DNA from: Methanomicrobiales archaeon
GTDB taxonomy: Archaea; Halobacteriota; Methanomicrobia; Methanomicrobiales; Methanospirillaceae
DNA length: 64,000 nt
Assembly (NCBI GenBank): GCA_037137755.1
Contig: JBAXJR010000001.1
Coordinates: 96,001-160,000, forward strand
Reading direction: 5' to 3'
This document shows, piece by piece, positions 10,698 to 19,959 of this stretch. The first letter of the stretch is position 1. Every line of letters starts with the position of its first letter. The notes beneath the pieces were generated by a model. The model did no database searches. It saw only the letters and a program-made list of their open reading frames with translations, and was not told the DNA's origin. The position numbers were made by a program, and so were the translations under genes.

Positions 10698-12007
10698 GAC
10701 CGGGAACGCCTCACGAGCTGGCTGGCGGTCTCGGCAGAGCCCTTAAGGACCTCTTCTTCGCGAAGTACTTGCCGTTCATGCATAAGGACACGACCGTTAC
10801 AGATAGTTGTAGTAACCGATGCCCCGCTGCAAGCGTAGACAAAGTTGGAAGTCTGGTTGTGAAGGGGGGTGTTACAGGCAGTCAGGGTTCTGACAAGGAT
10901 AATATCTGCAGGGTTACCGGTCTTCAGGGTGCCTGCACCGGTCATGAGTGCTGTTGCCCCGTTTATCCCTGCCATGGCCAGGGCCTCCGGTGCCGGCAGG
11001 ATGGTCGGGTCGTTCCAGAAAAATTTCTGGAGGAGTGCCGCCGTTTTCATTTCCTCGAACATGTCTAGGTTGTTGTTTGATGCACAACCATCAGTGCCGA
11101 GACAGACATTTACACCTGCCGATTTAAGCCAGTGGTATGGCATGGCCCTGTTCGTCGCGAGTTTCATATTGCTTGCCGGGTTATGCGATACATTGACGTT
11201 CCGCTTCCCCATGAGGGCACATTCGGGTTCATCGAGCCAGCAGCAGTGCGCCGCGATAGTGGAAGGTGTCAGGATACCGCATTCGTCAAGGTGGTAGGCA
11301 GGACGTTTTCCATATTGGCTGATACAGTCCTGGACTTCCTTTTCCGTCTCTGACAGGTGGATATGGATGCCGATGCTTTCAGAAGCGGCATATTCTGCAC
11401 ACCATTTCAGTCCCACGGGAGAGACCGTGTAAATCGCATGGGGGCCGACAGCAGCCTTAATCCTCCGATTGTTCATGGATTTAATTGATGCAACAAGCTT
11501 CTCGGTCGCCCTGCATTCACTTTCACGTTTTTCCGGAAGCCCGAGGTCGATAAAACCATGGGATAGAACCGCCCTGATTCCCGCTTCATCTACGGCCCGG
11601 GCTGCATCCTCCATGAAAAAATACATGTCATTGAATGCGGTGGTACCGCTTTTTATCATTTCGAGGCAGGCCAGTTTAGTACCCCAGTATACGTCTTTTC
11701 CCGAAAGGTGCGCCTCAAGAGGCCAGATTTTTTGCGTAAGCCAGTCCTGGAGTACCATGTCGTCTGCATAACCCCGGAGCAGTGTCATGGCCGCATGGGT
11801 ATGGGTATTGACAAGGCCCGGCATTGCGATGGAACCTTTCCCATCGATAGTAAACTCTGCCTCGCCACGGTGTCTTCCCGCTATACCCTCTCCGCATCCG
11901 GTTATTGTCCCGGTCTCATCGATAAAAATGTCCCCCGCTTTCCCGTTTACAAGGACATCCCTGATGAGCAGAGCCCCGGAATAACTTAATAAATCGCCGT
12001 GTTCCAT
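10694..12007 (-). CDS. dadD: 5'-deoxyadenosine / MTA-SAH deaminase (amidohydrolase)
   Basis: PGLVNTHTH, GTTAFNDMY, HIHLSET, SHNPASNMKLA, GTDGCASNN. Adjacent to an MTAP-family phosphorylase. Confidence 0.85.
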   Translation of the reverse strand: MEHGDLLSYSGALLIRDVLVNGKAGDIFIDETGTITGCGEGIAGRHRGEAEFTIDGKGSIAMPGLVNTHTHAAMTLLRGYADDMVLQDWLTQKIWPLEAHLSGKDVYWGTKLACLEMIKSGTTAFNDMYFFMEDAARAVDEAGIRAVLSHGFIDLGLPEKRESECRATEKLVASIKSMNNRRIKAAVGPHAIYTVSPVGLKWCAEYAASESIGIHIHLSETEKEVQDCISQYGKRPAYHLDECGILTPSTIAAHCCWLDEPECALMGKRNVNVSHNPASNMKLATNRAMPYHWLKSAGVNVCLGTDGCASNNNLDMFEEMKTAALLQKFFWNDPTILPAPEALAMAGINGATALMTGAGTLKTGNPADIILVRTLTACNTPLHNQTSNFVYACSGASVTTTICNGRVLMHERQVLREEEVLKGSAETASQLVRRSRS

Positions 12008-12013
12008 TCTCGA

Positions 12014-12688
12014 TCATCCCATTTTATTTATTATTATCCTGACCATCTCACCGGTTCGTTCACGGAATAACCGTGCGGTGTCGACGATATGCTCGTAAGA
12101 AAGCACTTCTTTCCCAAGGCCGTTGGCGTAATTATCAACGGTACACACGGCGGCAAATTCCATGCCCAGCTCGCATGCGAGGGTTGCCTCGCTTGCGACA
12201 GTCATCCCGACAATGTCCGCAAATGTTGCGAGGGCCTGTACTTCTGCTATTGTCTCTATTCGCGGTCCCCGTGTCTGCACATAGATCCCGCCTACCCGGG
12301 CATGAGGGAACTCAGTTCCAAGTTCCCGGGTGAGTTTTTGTGAAATTACCGGCATCACGTGGGAGATCGCATGGTTGTGAATTGACGGGATATCGGATAT
12401 GCTCATATAATCGTCAGGTACCATGATCGATCCAGGCGCAATTTCATCTTTTAATGAACCTGAAGAGCCGAATGCTATGACCCTGTCAACTCCGAGGATT
12501 GCAAGTGCCGCCATATTGGCACAGAAATTGATCCGGTGGGGTGGAATATCTCCCTGGTGACGCAACAGGATGGTGACATCCCCGGTCAGGACTTCCGCCG
12601 CTCCAAATGGTGTCCTGACCACCTGTTTTTCAAGAGACGGAAGGGTGGCAAAAAGGAGACTCGTCCCACCTAGTATCCCTAGGGACAT
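12014..12688 (-). CDS. MTAP/PNP-family nucleoside phosphorylase (probable methylthioinosine phosphorylase)
   Basis: GILGGTS, TPFG, LLRH..PPHRIN, GPRIET.AE, VGMT..SEA, VDNYANG. The DN-type site is consistent with 6-oxopurine preference (inference). Confidence 0.85.
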   Translation of the reverse strand: MSLGILGGTSLLFATLPSLEKQVVRTPFGAAEVLTGDVTILLRHQGDIPPHRINFCANMAALAILGVDRVIAFGSSGSLKDEIAPGSIMVPDDYMSISDIPSIHNHAISHVMPVISQKLTRELGTEFPHARVGGIYVQTRGPRIETIAEVQALATFADIVGMTVASEATLACELGMEFAAVCTVDNYANGLGKEVLSYEHIVDTARLFRERTGEMVRIIINKMG

Positions 12689-12889
12689 CTACCCATCCAC
12701 CTGTACCCTGTATCCTTCAGCCAGGGATATGAAAGGTGTCATTGGACTAGGATCCCTCTGCAGACTGCGACGAACAATTCTTTGCATAATTCTTGTACTG
12801 TTATTTCGGCGCCTGCTACATATCCCTGTCCATTATAGTCAGGGATGGGTTCGGATACCGTAATACCATCAGGTGCACTATTAATCTGT

Positions 12890-14053
12890 ATGGGCCTGTT
12901 TGAGACAGTCGATGAGAAAACAATAAAAAGAGGGGACTGTACCGATATCTATTTTCTCCGTAGCGAGGAGATTCTCCGTAAGGAAGGTAAAAATCCCCAT
13001 GTTGTAATGGAAGTAACCGCCGCCGGGCTCCCTGATGAATGGGGTGTGTTCTGCGGCCTGGAAGACGTGATTGCTCTACTAAAAGACCTTCCTGTTACCG
13101 TTGATGCGATGCCGGAAGGGACAATGATCCTCCCGAACGAACCTGTCGTCCGGATATCGGGACGGTACCTGGATTTTGCCCGGTACGAGACGTCAATCCT
13201 CGGGTTCCTGTGCCATGCATCAGGTGTTGCCTCTGCAGCCGCACATATCAGGGTTTGCGCAGAAGGCCGCCCGGTATATTCATTTGGCTCCCGTCGCCAG
13301 CACCCGGCCATTGCATCCATGATCGAACGCGCCGCATGGATCGGAGGGGTAGAAGGGGTCTCCAATACCTGTGGACACCCGGATATCCCAAAATCGGGCA
13401 CCATGCCCCATGCATTCGTTATGTGTCATAACACGCCGGAAGAGGCGTTCGCATCCTTCAACCGTTTTGCCCCACCGGATATACCGAGGATCATGTTATC
13501 CGACACGTTCTGTGATGAGAAACGGGAGTCCCTGGTTGCGGCAGCCCAGGGAGCAACGGCGGTCCGGCTTGATACTCCGCGTTCACGCCGCGGCAACATG
13601 AGGGCAATTATCAATGAAGTGCGCTGGGAACTGGATGCCCACGGATATCCTGATGTGAAGATATTCCTTTCAGGTGGTGTAACAAGGGATGAAGTAATCG
13701 AATACCGTGATATTGTCGATGCATTTGGTATCGGGGGAGCGATTGCCAGTGCCCCGGTAATCGATTTTGCGATGGATGTCGTGCAAATAGAAGGGGCGAT
13801 GTGTTCAAAGCGGGGAAAAAGGAGCGGTGTGAAACAGGTCTATGAACTTCCGGACCGTTACCATGTCGTTCTGCTCGAAGGTGCTCCGGCCCCTGCCAAT
13901 GCGAAGCCGCTCCTTACCCGGTACATTACAGACGGTGTAATAACTTCAGGCAGCGGCCTCCATGATGCGCGGAAACGATTTCTGGGTTCATTTGAAACGG
14001 CAAGGTGTGCCTGCGGGACACCTGGATGCGGGGAAGGACACGACCATGCATAG
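12890..14053 (+). CDS. pncB: Nicotinate phosphoribosyltransferase
   Basis: TDIYF, FGSRRQHP, GTMPHA, VRLDTP.SRRG, LSGG, KRGKRSG. ATG 12890 preferred over 12845. Confidence 0.9.
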   Translation: MGLFETVDEKTIKRGDCTDIYFLRSEEILRKEGKNPHVVMEVTAAGLPDEWGVFCGLEDVIALLKDLPVTVDAMPEGTMILPNEPVVRISGRYLDFARYETSILGFLCHASGVASAAAHIRVCAEGRPVYSFGSRRQHPAIASMIERAAWIGGVEGVSNTCGHPDIPKSGTMPHAFVMCHNTPEEAFASFNRFAPPDIPRIMLSDTFCDEKRESLVAAAQGATAVRLDTPRSRRGNMRAIINEVRWELDAHGYPDVKIFLSGGVTRDEVIEYRDIVDAFGIGGAIASAPVIDFAMDVVQIEGAMCSKRGKRSGVKQVYELPDRYHVVLLEGAPAPANAKPLLTRYITDGVITSGSGLHDARKRFLGSFETARCACGTPGCGEGHDHA

Positions 14054-14175
14054 CGCGGTAAGAACCGTTTCCTGCGTGCCGCAGCATACTGGCAGGGATT
14101 GAGACTGTTCCAATGGCCAATACCCAAGGTATGAAACAATTCTTTTAACTGATGGCAACAAAACAGTGATAGAGC

Positions 14176-14217
14176 GGGCCGAAAGGTCCGGGGTAGATCG
14201 CTACCCTGGCATGGTGC
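14176..14217 (+). pseudogene. Degenerate 5' portion of a tRNA-Ala(GGC)
   Basis: GGGCCGA-AA-GGTC-CGGGGTA-GATC-G-CTACC-CTGGCAT-GGTGC is in exact tRNA register with a GGC anticodon loop. No T arm or acceptor 3' strand follows. Confidence 0.6.
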
Positions 14218-14272
14218 AAACCTAAACAGCCCTGTTTCATCCCATCATGGTAGAAGATTTTTTGCTATCGTT

Positions 14273-14344
14273 GGGCTGGTGGTAAAGTGGTATTACGCGC
14301 CCTTGGCATGGGCGAGGCCGCGGGTTCAATTCCCGCCCAGTCCA
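14273..14344 (+). tRNA. trnA: tRNA-Ala(GGC)
   Basis: GGGCTGG/CCAGTCC-A acceptor with G3:U70, D stem GTAA/TTAC, anticodon arm CGCCC-TTGGCAT-GGGCG, T arm GCGGG-TTCAATT-CCCGC, T-rich tract downstream. Confidence 0.95.
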
Positions 14345-14420
14345 TTCTTTTTCCTTAAATTTTCAGTAGTTTGGGCATTATTTTTATAGGGTCATATGCA
14401 TAGGGTATGACTGAACAATC

Positions 14421-15050
14421 ATGCGCATCCGTGATTTGATACTCCCTGAAGATAGGGTGTTTTTTACCCTTTTTAAGGATATGGCAGGTAAAATCAGCGA
14501 AGCGTCAGCGGTGCTCAACGAGATCACGCATGAACTGCCAGGTGGAACGGAAAAAGGGCATAAAATCCGCCAACTGGAGCACCTTGCTGATGAAGTAACG
14601 CGGCAGATCTATGAAAAACTGAACGAATCCCTTATTACCCCCCTTGAGCCGGATGAAATTGCGCGGCTTGCCCCGGCGCTTGATGACGTGATGGACCGTA
14701 TTGACCGGGTCACGCACCAGATCTGTAATTATGGTATCCCGGGATCCAATGATCTCCTCAAGGAATTTTCCTACCTGATGACACTCTCGAGTACAGAGAT
14801 TTCACACGCAATCGATGACCTCGCGACCCTGAAAAAAGCAGATGAAGTTGCAAAGCATGCCAGCGAGACGAACCGCCTCTACAACCTCTCCACCGAACTG
14901 CTGTCACGGTCGGTGATCGAGTTGTTCAAGACTGATGACCTGCTCCTGATAATAAAACTCAAGGATATCTATGAAGGGATGGCAAGAGTCATGGAAATGT
15001 ATAACGATGTCGCCCATGTCCTGAGTGATATTGCGCGCAGTCATACCTGA
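14421..15050 (+). CDS. DUF47 (PhoU-like) phosphate transport regulator, divergent copy
   Basis: LEHLAD, LNESLITPLEPDEI..LA.ALDDVMD. Directly upstream of a PiT gene. Confidence 0.88.
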   Translation: MRIRDLILPEDRVFFTLFKDMAGKISEASAVLNEITHELPGGTEKGHKIRQLEHLADEVTRQIYEKLNESLITPLEPDEIARLAPALDDVMDRIDRVTHQICNYGIPGSNDLLKEFSYLMTLSSTEISHAIDDLATLKKADEVAKHASETNRLYNLSTELLSRSVIELFKTDDLLLIIKLKDIYEGMARVMEMYNDVAHVLSDIARSHT

Positions 15051-15056
15051 GTCAGA

Positions 15057-16247
15057 ATGGAACCCTTCGTCCTGTTTGGGATTATCCTCGCGCTTGCCCT
15101 GAACTTTGTGAACGGGTTAAACGATGCATCGCATTCAATCGCGACGGTTGTTGCAACAAGGGCACTTACCCCGGTAAAAGCCGTTTTTTCAACAGCTGTA
15201 TGTAACCTTGTCGGACCTTTTTTGTTTTCCACCGCAGTAGCGGCTACTATCGGGACTGCCATTGTCAACGAAAATGGTCTGACTCCGTTATCCATCGTGG
15301 TCGCAATGGGTGCTGCCATTACGCTTGTTTTTGTTGCGACCCGGGCAGGAATCCCTATTTCAAGCAGCCATGCAATGGTAGGGGGCCTGCTTGGCTCAGC
15401 AATGGCGGTAGCCGGGCTGTCGGCCATTATCCTTCCCGGTTGGGACATGGTAATCCAGGTCGCCATTTATGGGTTAATAGGGGCCGTAATAGGTGCAATT
15501 ATTCTTGGCCTGGTAACCGCCACGTTCAACGAGGATGTCCGGATGGGTATCGTGCTCGGGGGAGTTTGCGGCTTTTCTTTGATGATCCCGTTCCTGATGC
15601 TTGCAGGTGTACTTAAAATCTCCGGGCTGTTTGCTATTGTCCTGTTTATCTTCATCTCCCCGGTGTTCGCAATGACCGCGGCCTTCATCTTCGATATTAT
15701 CATATCCCAGTTATTCAAACATTCGCGGCAGAACCGGATGAAACGAATATTCCAGCCCCTCCAGGTAGTTGCATGTTTCGCGCAGGCCACGGCTCACGGC
15801 GCCAATGACGGCCAGCATGCAGTCGGTATTATTACGGCCCTGCTGGTATCTGCAGGAGTCCTTGCATCATTTGATGTGCCGACATGGGTAATCCTCGCAT
15901 CGGCAATAGCAATCGCCCTTGGCACCTGTTTTGGAGGCTGGGAGGTAGTAGACAAAATGGCAAAAGGCATCACCAAAATCCGCCCCTACCAGGGTTTTTG
16001 TGCGGCGACGGTCAGCAGTGCTATCCTTGTCGGGGTGACTGAACAGGGAATTCCTGTCTCCTCAACCCATGCCATAAATGGTGCGATAATCGGGGTAGGT
16101 GCAACAAGGGGTAAAAATGCCGTGCAATGGAAGGTCGTGCGGGAGATGATGACAGCGTGGATTATCACGATACCGATTGCCGTAGTCTTCGCCTGGGCCG
16201 GATATTACGTCGTCGCTTTTTTGATCAGCTTACTTTTTTCCGGCTGA
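15057..16247 (+). CDS. pit: PiT (PHO4) family anion transporter, divergent copy
   Basis: NGLNDASHSIAT, GIPISSSHA, HGANDGQH, GIPVSSTH; multiple TM helices. Confidence 0.88.
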   Translation: MEPFVLFGIILALALNFVNGLNDASHSIATVVATRALTPVKAVFSTAVCNLVGPFLFSTAVAATIGTAIVNENGLTPLSIVVAMGAAITLVFVATRAGIPISSSHAMVGGLLGSAMAVAGLSAIILPGWDMVIQVAIYGLIGAVIGAIILGLVTATFNEDVRMGIVLGGVCGFSLMIPFLMLAGVLKISGLFAIVLFIFISPVFAMTAAFIFDIIISQLFKHSRQNRMKRIFQPLQVVACFAQATAHGANDGQHAVGIITALLVSAGVLASFDVPTWVILASAIAIALGTCFGGWEVVDKMAKGITKIRPYQGFCAATVSSAILVGVTEQGIPVSSTHAINGAIIGVGATRGKNAVQWKVVREMMTAWIITIPIAVVFAWAGYYVVAFLISLLFSG

Positions 16248-16299
16248 TAAAACCGCCATATTTTTTTACCTTCCCTATCCATTACCAGAATGGATCACT

Positions 16300-16929
16300 A
16301 TGGGTTTGCGCGAGTTACTGATTCCTCAGGATAAGATCTTTTTCGACCTTTTTGAGCGGCAGGTCGCGATTGTTACAGAAAGTGCCAATCAGCTGGTCGC
16401 GCTCACCGAGAATTTTACCAATGTGAAAGAAAAATGCCATGCAATAGAAATGCTGGAACACCAGGGTGACCAGGTCACCCATGATATCTACGAGACCCTC
16501 AACAAGACCTTCATCACCCCGCTGGACCCTGAGGAAATTTCCGGCCTTGCCTCAGCTCTTGATGACATACTGGACTATATTGATGGTTCGGCAGAGAAAA
16601 TGCTCTATTATGGAATTGAATCGACGGATTCCCATATTATCGAACTTTCAAAGCTGATACAACTCTCTGTAATTGAAATTGAAGGGGCTGTTAAAAGTAT
16701 CCGGGCAATTTCCACACCGAAATATATTGAAGCGCGATGTATTGAGGTAAATCGCCTTGAAAACCTGGCAGATGACGTACTGGCCCACGCAATTATGGAC
16801 CTGTTCAGGTCAAATGATGCGATTACCATCATCAAGTATAAAGATATTTATGAGCACCTTGAGACAGCGACGGACTATTGTGAAGATGTGGCAAACGTAC
16901 TTTCAGATATCGCAATACGACATTCTTAA
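16300..16929 (+). CDS. DUF47 (PhoU-like) phosphate transport regulator
   Basis: LEHQGD, TFITPLDPEEI, RLENLADD, YEHLETATDYCEDVA. Confidence 0.9.
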   Translation: MGLRELLIPQDKIFFDLFERQVAIVTESANQLVALTENFTNVKEKCHAIEMLEHQGDQVTHDIYETLNKTFITPLDPEEISGLASALDDILDYIDGSAEKMLYYGIESTDSHIIELSKLIQLSVIEIEGAVKSIRAISTPKYIEARCIEVNRLENLADDVLAHAIMDLFRSNDAITIIKYKDIYEHLETATDYCEDVANVLSDIAIRHS

Positions 16930-16958
16930 CGAAGCCGGATAAGTCACTGAGGAGAACA

Positions 16959-17987
16959 ATGATTCCAGCACCCGAAATTCTCATCCTGTTCATTATTTTC
17001 ATAGCCCTCGTTTTCGATTTTACAAACGGCTTTCATGACTCGGCAAATTCCATCTCCACGGTAGTCTCGACCAAGGTACTTTCACCGCGGAACGCGGTAG
17101 TGTTTGCAGCTTTTTTTAATTTCATCGCGGTCTTCGGGTTTGGGGTGGCCGTTGCAAACACCATAAGTAAAACGATAAATCTTGATTCTGTGCCAGCCGA
17201 TGTTATCCCCTGGATTATACTTTCGGCGCTTTGCGGAGCAATCATCTGGAATATCATCACATGGATTATCGGTCTTCCCACTTCCTCGTCCCACGCCCTT
17301 ATTGGTGGCCTGATGGGGGCGGGCCTTTCTGCAGCCGGGATAGCTGCTATCCATTGGTCGACTATCGGACTGGTCGTGGCTTTTATGATCCTCTCCCCGC
17401 TGATTGGTCTTACCGTTGGGTTTGCATTTATGGCGATAGTCCTTTGGTTTACGCGATCAGTCCATAAAATGACCGCAGATAGTTACTTTAAAAAATTGCA
17501 GCTCTGTTCCGCAGCGGCATACAGCTTTTCACATGGGACCAACGATGCCCAGAAGACCATGGGGATTATTACACCCCTATTGTTCAGTATCGGGTACTAT
17601 GGGGCCACTGCAAATCCGGAATCCCTGCCGGTCCCGCTCTGGGTCATTTTGATTTGTTATACTGCAATTGCCCTTGGCACGCTTTCAGGCGGGTGGCGGA
17701 TCGTAAAAACCATGGGTTACAAAATTACACGCCTCCGGCCGGTACACGGTTTCGCTTCTGAAACAGCAAGCGCAGGGACAATTATCGGGGCTTCCATGCT
17801 TGGGATCCCGGTAAGTACTACACAGGTAATATGTGCATCCATTATGGGTGTGGGGTCGACGACAGGGTCAAGCGTTGTAAAATGGGGTGTGGCACGGAGC
17901 ATCATGTGGGCATGGATTTTTACCATTCCGATCAGTGCCGTTATCGGGTTCCTCGTATTCTACGGGCTCCGTATTGTTGCGAGCTAA
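16959..17987 (+). CDS. pit: PiT family inorganic phosphate transporter
   Basis: NGFHDSANSIST, GLPTSSSHA, HGTNDAQKTMG, GIPVSTTQ. Confidence 0.93.
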   Translation: MIPAPEILILFIIFIALVFDFTNGFHDSANSISTVVSTKVLSPRNAVVFAAFFNFIAVFGFGVAVANTISKTINLDSVPADVIPWIILSALCGAIIWNIITWIIGLPTSSSHALIGGLMGAGLSAAGIAAIHWSTIGLVVAFMILSPLIGLTVGFAFMAIVLWFTRSVHKMTADSYFKKLQLCSAAAYSFSHGTNDAQKTMGIITPLLFSIGYYGATANPESLPVPLWVILICYTAIALGTLSGGWRIVKTMGYKITRLRPVHGFASETASAGTIIGASMLGIPVSTTQVICASIMGVGSTTGSSVVKWGVARSIMWAWIFTIPISAVIGFLVFYGLRIVAS

Positions 17988-18088
17988 AAAGAAGTTTCAC
18001 CCGGGTCAGAGCTTTTTTTACACCAGGGTCTGGTTAGTTATTCCGAGAATGATCCCGGTAGTGATGCCTGGTATTCCGGCATCCAGGG

Positions 18089-18733
18089 TTATTTTAAAAC
18101 AGACTCGCTGTAATACCCGCAGCACCGCCTTATGGAGCATACCTGGCACTTTGGTCGCCTCGCAATGCAGATTTTCCGGCCGTGGCTGATCATGAGGTCA
18201 GTAAGTTTTCCCCATTTTTCTTTTGGGAACAGGGCCATGAGGTCCTGCTCAACACCTGCCGCATCGCTGTTACCTGAAAATCCAATGAGTTGCGATAGCC
18301 TGAGTACATGGGTATCAACCGCTATCCCCACCTTTTTCCCGAATGAATGGTAGAGGACGATATTTGCGGTTTTTCGCCCTACCCCCGGTATCCGGAGCAA
18401 AAGGTCCATCGTGTCTGGCACATTGCCACCATATTCCCGTACGAGCATTGCGGACGCATCGATGATGCGACGCGCTTTCATATGGAAAAACCCTGTCTTG
18501 TGGATGATCATCTCAACTACTTCAACAGGGGCTTCTGCCAGTGCGCCAGGTGTCGGATACCTTGTGAACAGTGGTCCAATCACCTCGTCTACGGACTTAT
18601 CAGTAGTCTGCGCGGACAGGATCGTTGCAATGAGTGATTCAAATGGCGGTGCACCAGCACGGTGATGGGTACTTGCCTCAGGGTATTCAGAATCAAGGAT
18701 GTTGTAAGCGTCCCTGGCAGTTTTCCGGTCCAT
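18089..18733 (-). CDS. nth: Endonuclease III
   Basis: ILSAQTTD, HhH IPGVGRKTAN, AVDTHV, [4Fe-4S] motif CIARRPKCQVCSIRRCC. Confidence 0.95.
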   Translation of the reverse strand: MDRKTARDAYNILDSEYPEASTHHRAGAPPFESLIATILSAQTTDKSVDEVIGPLFTRYPTPGALAEAPVEVVEMIIHKTGFFHMKARRIIDASAMLVREYGGNVPDTMDLLLRIPGVGRKTANIVLYHSFGKKVGIAVDTHVLRLSQLIGFSGNSDAAGVEQDLMALFPKEKWGKLTDLMISHGRKICIARRPKCQVCSIRRCCGYYSESVLK

Positions 18734-18770
18734 ATACGACTCCAGAATAATTAAAAAAATCTAAGGAGAA

Positions 18771-18845
18771 TGGGGTAGGGCGGATTCGAACCGCCGTCAA
18801 AGCGTCCCAAACGCTCTAGGATGGACCAGGCTACCCTACTACCCC
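18771..18845 (-). tRNA. trnP: tRNA-Pro(TGG)
   Basis: Minus strand: GGGGTAG/CTACCCC-A acceptor, anticodon arm GAGCG-TTTGGGA-CGCTT, T arm GGCGG-TTCGAAT-CCGCC. Confidence 0.96.
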
Positions 18846-18909
18846 GGGTACTGGATTTACAGGTGTGACGGGAGTGGTCAAATAATTACCGGTTTTTTTC
18901 TCCTCCGGA

Positions 18910-19617
18910 TCAAAGTGGGAGTAGTAGTGTATTCTGCTCATTACTAACGATGGTCCCGTCAAACTGTCCTGAAATTATTGCATCAGACAGGTTTTTCGGC
19001 TTCCTGCCGTCAAGGACGAGAAGGGGAATGCCGCTCCTCTGGATGATCTTCACGGCGATTGCATCCATTACGGTATTTGAACCGGCATTCAACCTGCATC
19101 CCCCTACAACCTCCGCAAGCCCGTCCGGGGTAAGGTGGGAATACCGGGTAGCAGATGCATCAGATTTCGGGTCCGCGTTATAAATACCATCCACTGATGT
19201 CAGGTTGACAAGGATGTCGGCCCCCGTTCGCTCAGCAAGCACCGCGGCTACCGCGTCGGTAGTCTGGGCAGGTGTGACCCCGCCCATGACGACAATCCTT
19301 CCCGATACCCCATATTCCAATGCAGTTGTCTGGTCCTCCGCAACGCCGGGATACGCAGAGTCCCCAAGTGCGGCAATGAGCAGCGTTGCGTTGAGTCGTG
19401 TCACCAGGATGCCAATCTCGTCGCATGTGCCCTCATCAACACTAAGGGACCTCATCGCATCAATATACTTCCTCGCTTCCCCCCCGCCACCTACTACGAC
19501 AAAAATCCTGTGTTTTTCTGAAACCTGCCTGAGGACAGCCGCGTACTCTGAAATTCGGTTCTCGGAAAGGTTTGGTACAAGCACAGAACCTCCAAGGGAG
19601 ATGACAAGGGATTTCAT
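18910..19617 (-). CDS. pyrH: UMP kinase (archaeal type)
   Basis: VISLGGS, VVVGGGGEAR.YI, DEIGI.VTRLNA, PAQTTDAVAA, VDGIYNADP. Confidence 0.95.
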   Translation of the reverse strand: MKSLVISLGGSVLVPNLSENRISEYAAVLRQVSEKHRIFVVVGGGGEARKYIDAMRSLSVDEGTCDEIGILVTRLNATLLIAALGDSAYPGVAEDQTTALEYGVSGRIVVMGGVTPAQTTDAVAAVLAERTGADILVNLTSVDGIYNADPKSDASATRYSHLTPDGLAEVVGGCRLNAGSNTVMDAIAVKIIQRSGIPLLVLDGRKPKNLSDAIISGQFDGTIVSNEQNTLLLPL

Positions 19618-19744
19618 TTCGTACAGATGGGGATATGGGAGATATTAACCTGATTGTTTTCCCGGGAATATCCTGTCCATAAAATGGCGTCCGGATGGTC
19701 CTGATCACGAGGCATTATAGCCATGCGTGATAGAACAAGGATCA

Positions 19745-19933
19745 ATGATACTATGCTGCCCGGAATGTCAGAGTACTGAGGTATACGAGGTAGCCGGCGG
19801 GTATGTCGGGCAGGTCTACCGCTGCAAGAAATGTGGGTACCGCGGCTCATTTGTCCTTGAAATTGATGAAGCGGAACTATTGACCTTACAAGGTGACCTA
19901 CCTGACAATGTCCGGAATGACTCAGTTAACTGA
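19745..19933 (+). CDS. Small zinc-ribbon protein
   Basis: CPECQS...GGYVG..YRCKKCGYRG (two CxxC). First gene of a + strand trio. Confidence 0.75.
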   Translation: MILCCPECQSTEVYEVAGGYVGQVYRCKKCGYRGSFVLEIDEAELLTLQGDLPDNVRNDSVN

Positions 19934-19959
19934 TCCAGCCTGCATAAGGGGTGGTAAGG

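Noticed and set aside
14273-14344. tRNA-Ala as partner for RqcH alanine tailing, or as an integration site
   Set aside because: It lies about 30 kb from rqcH, and no integrase or duplicated tRNA 3' end was seen in the window.
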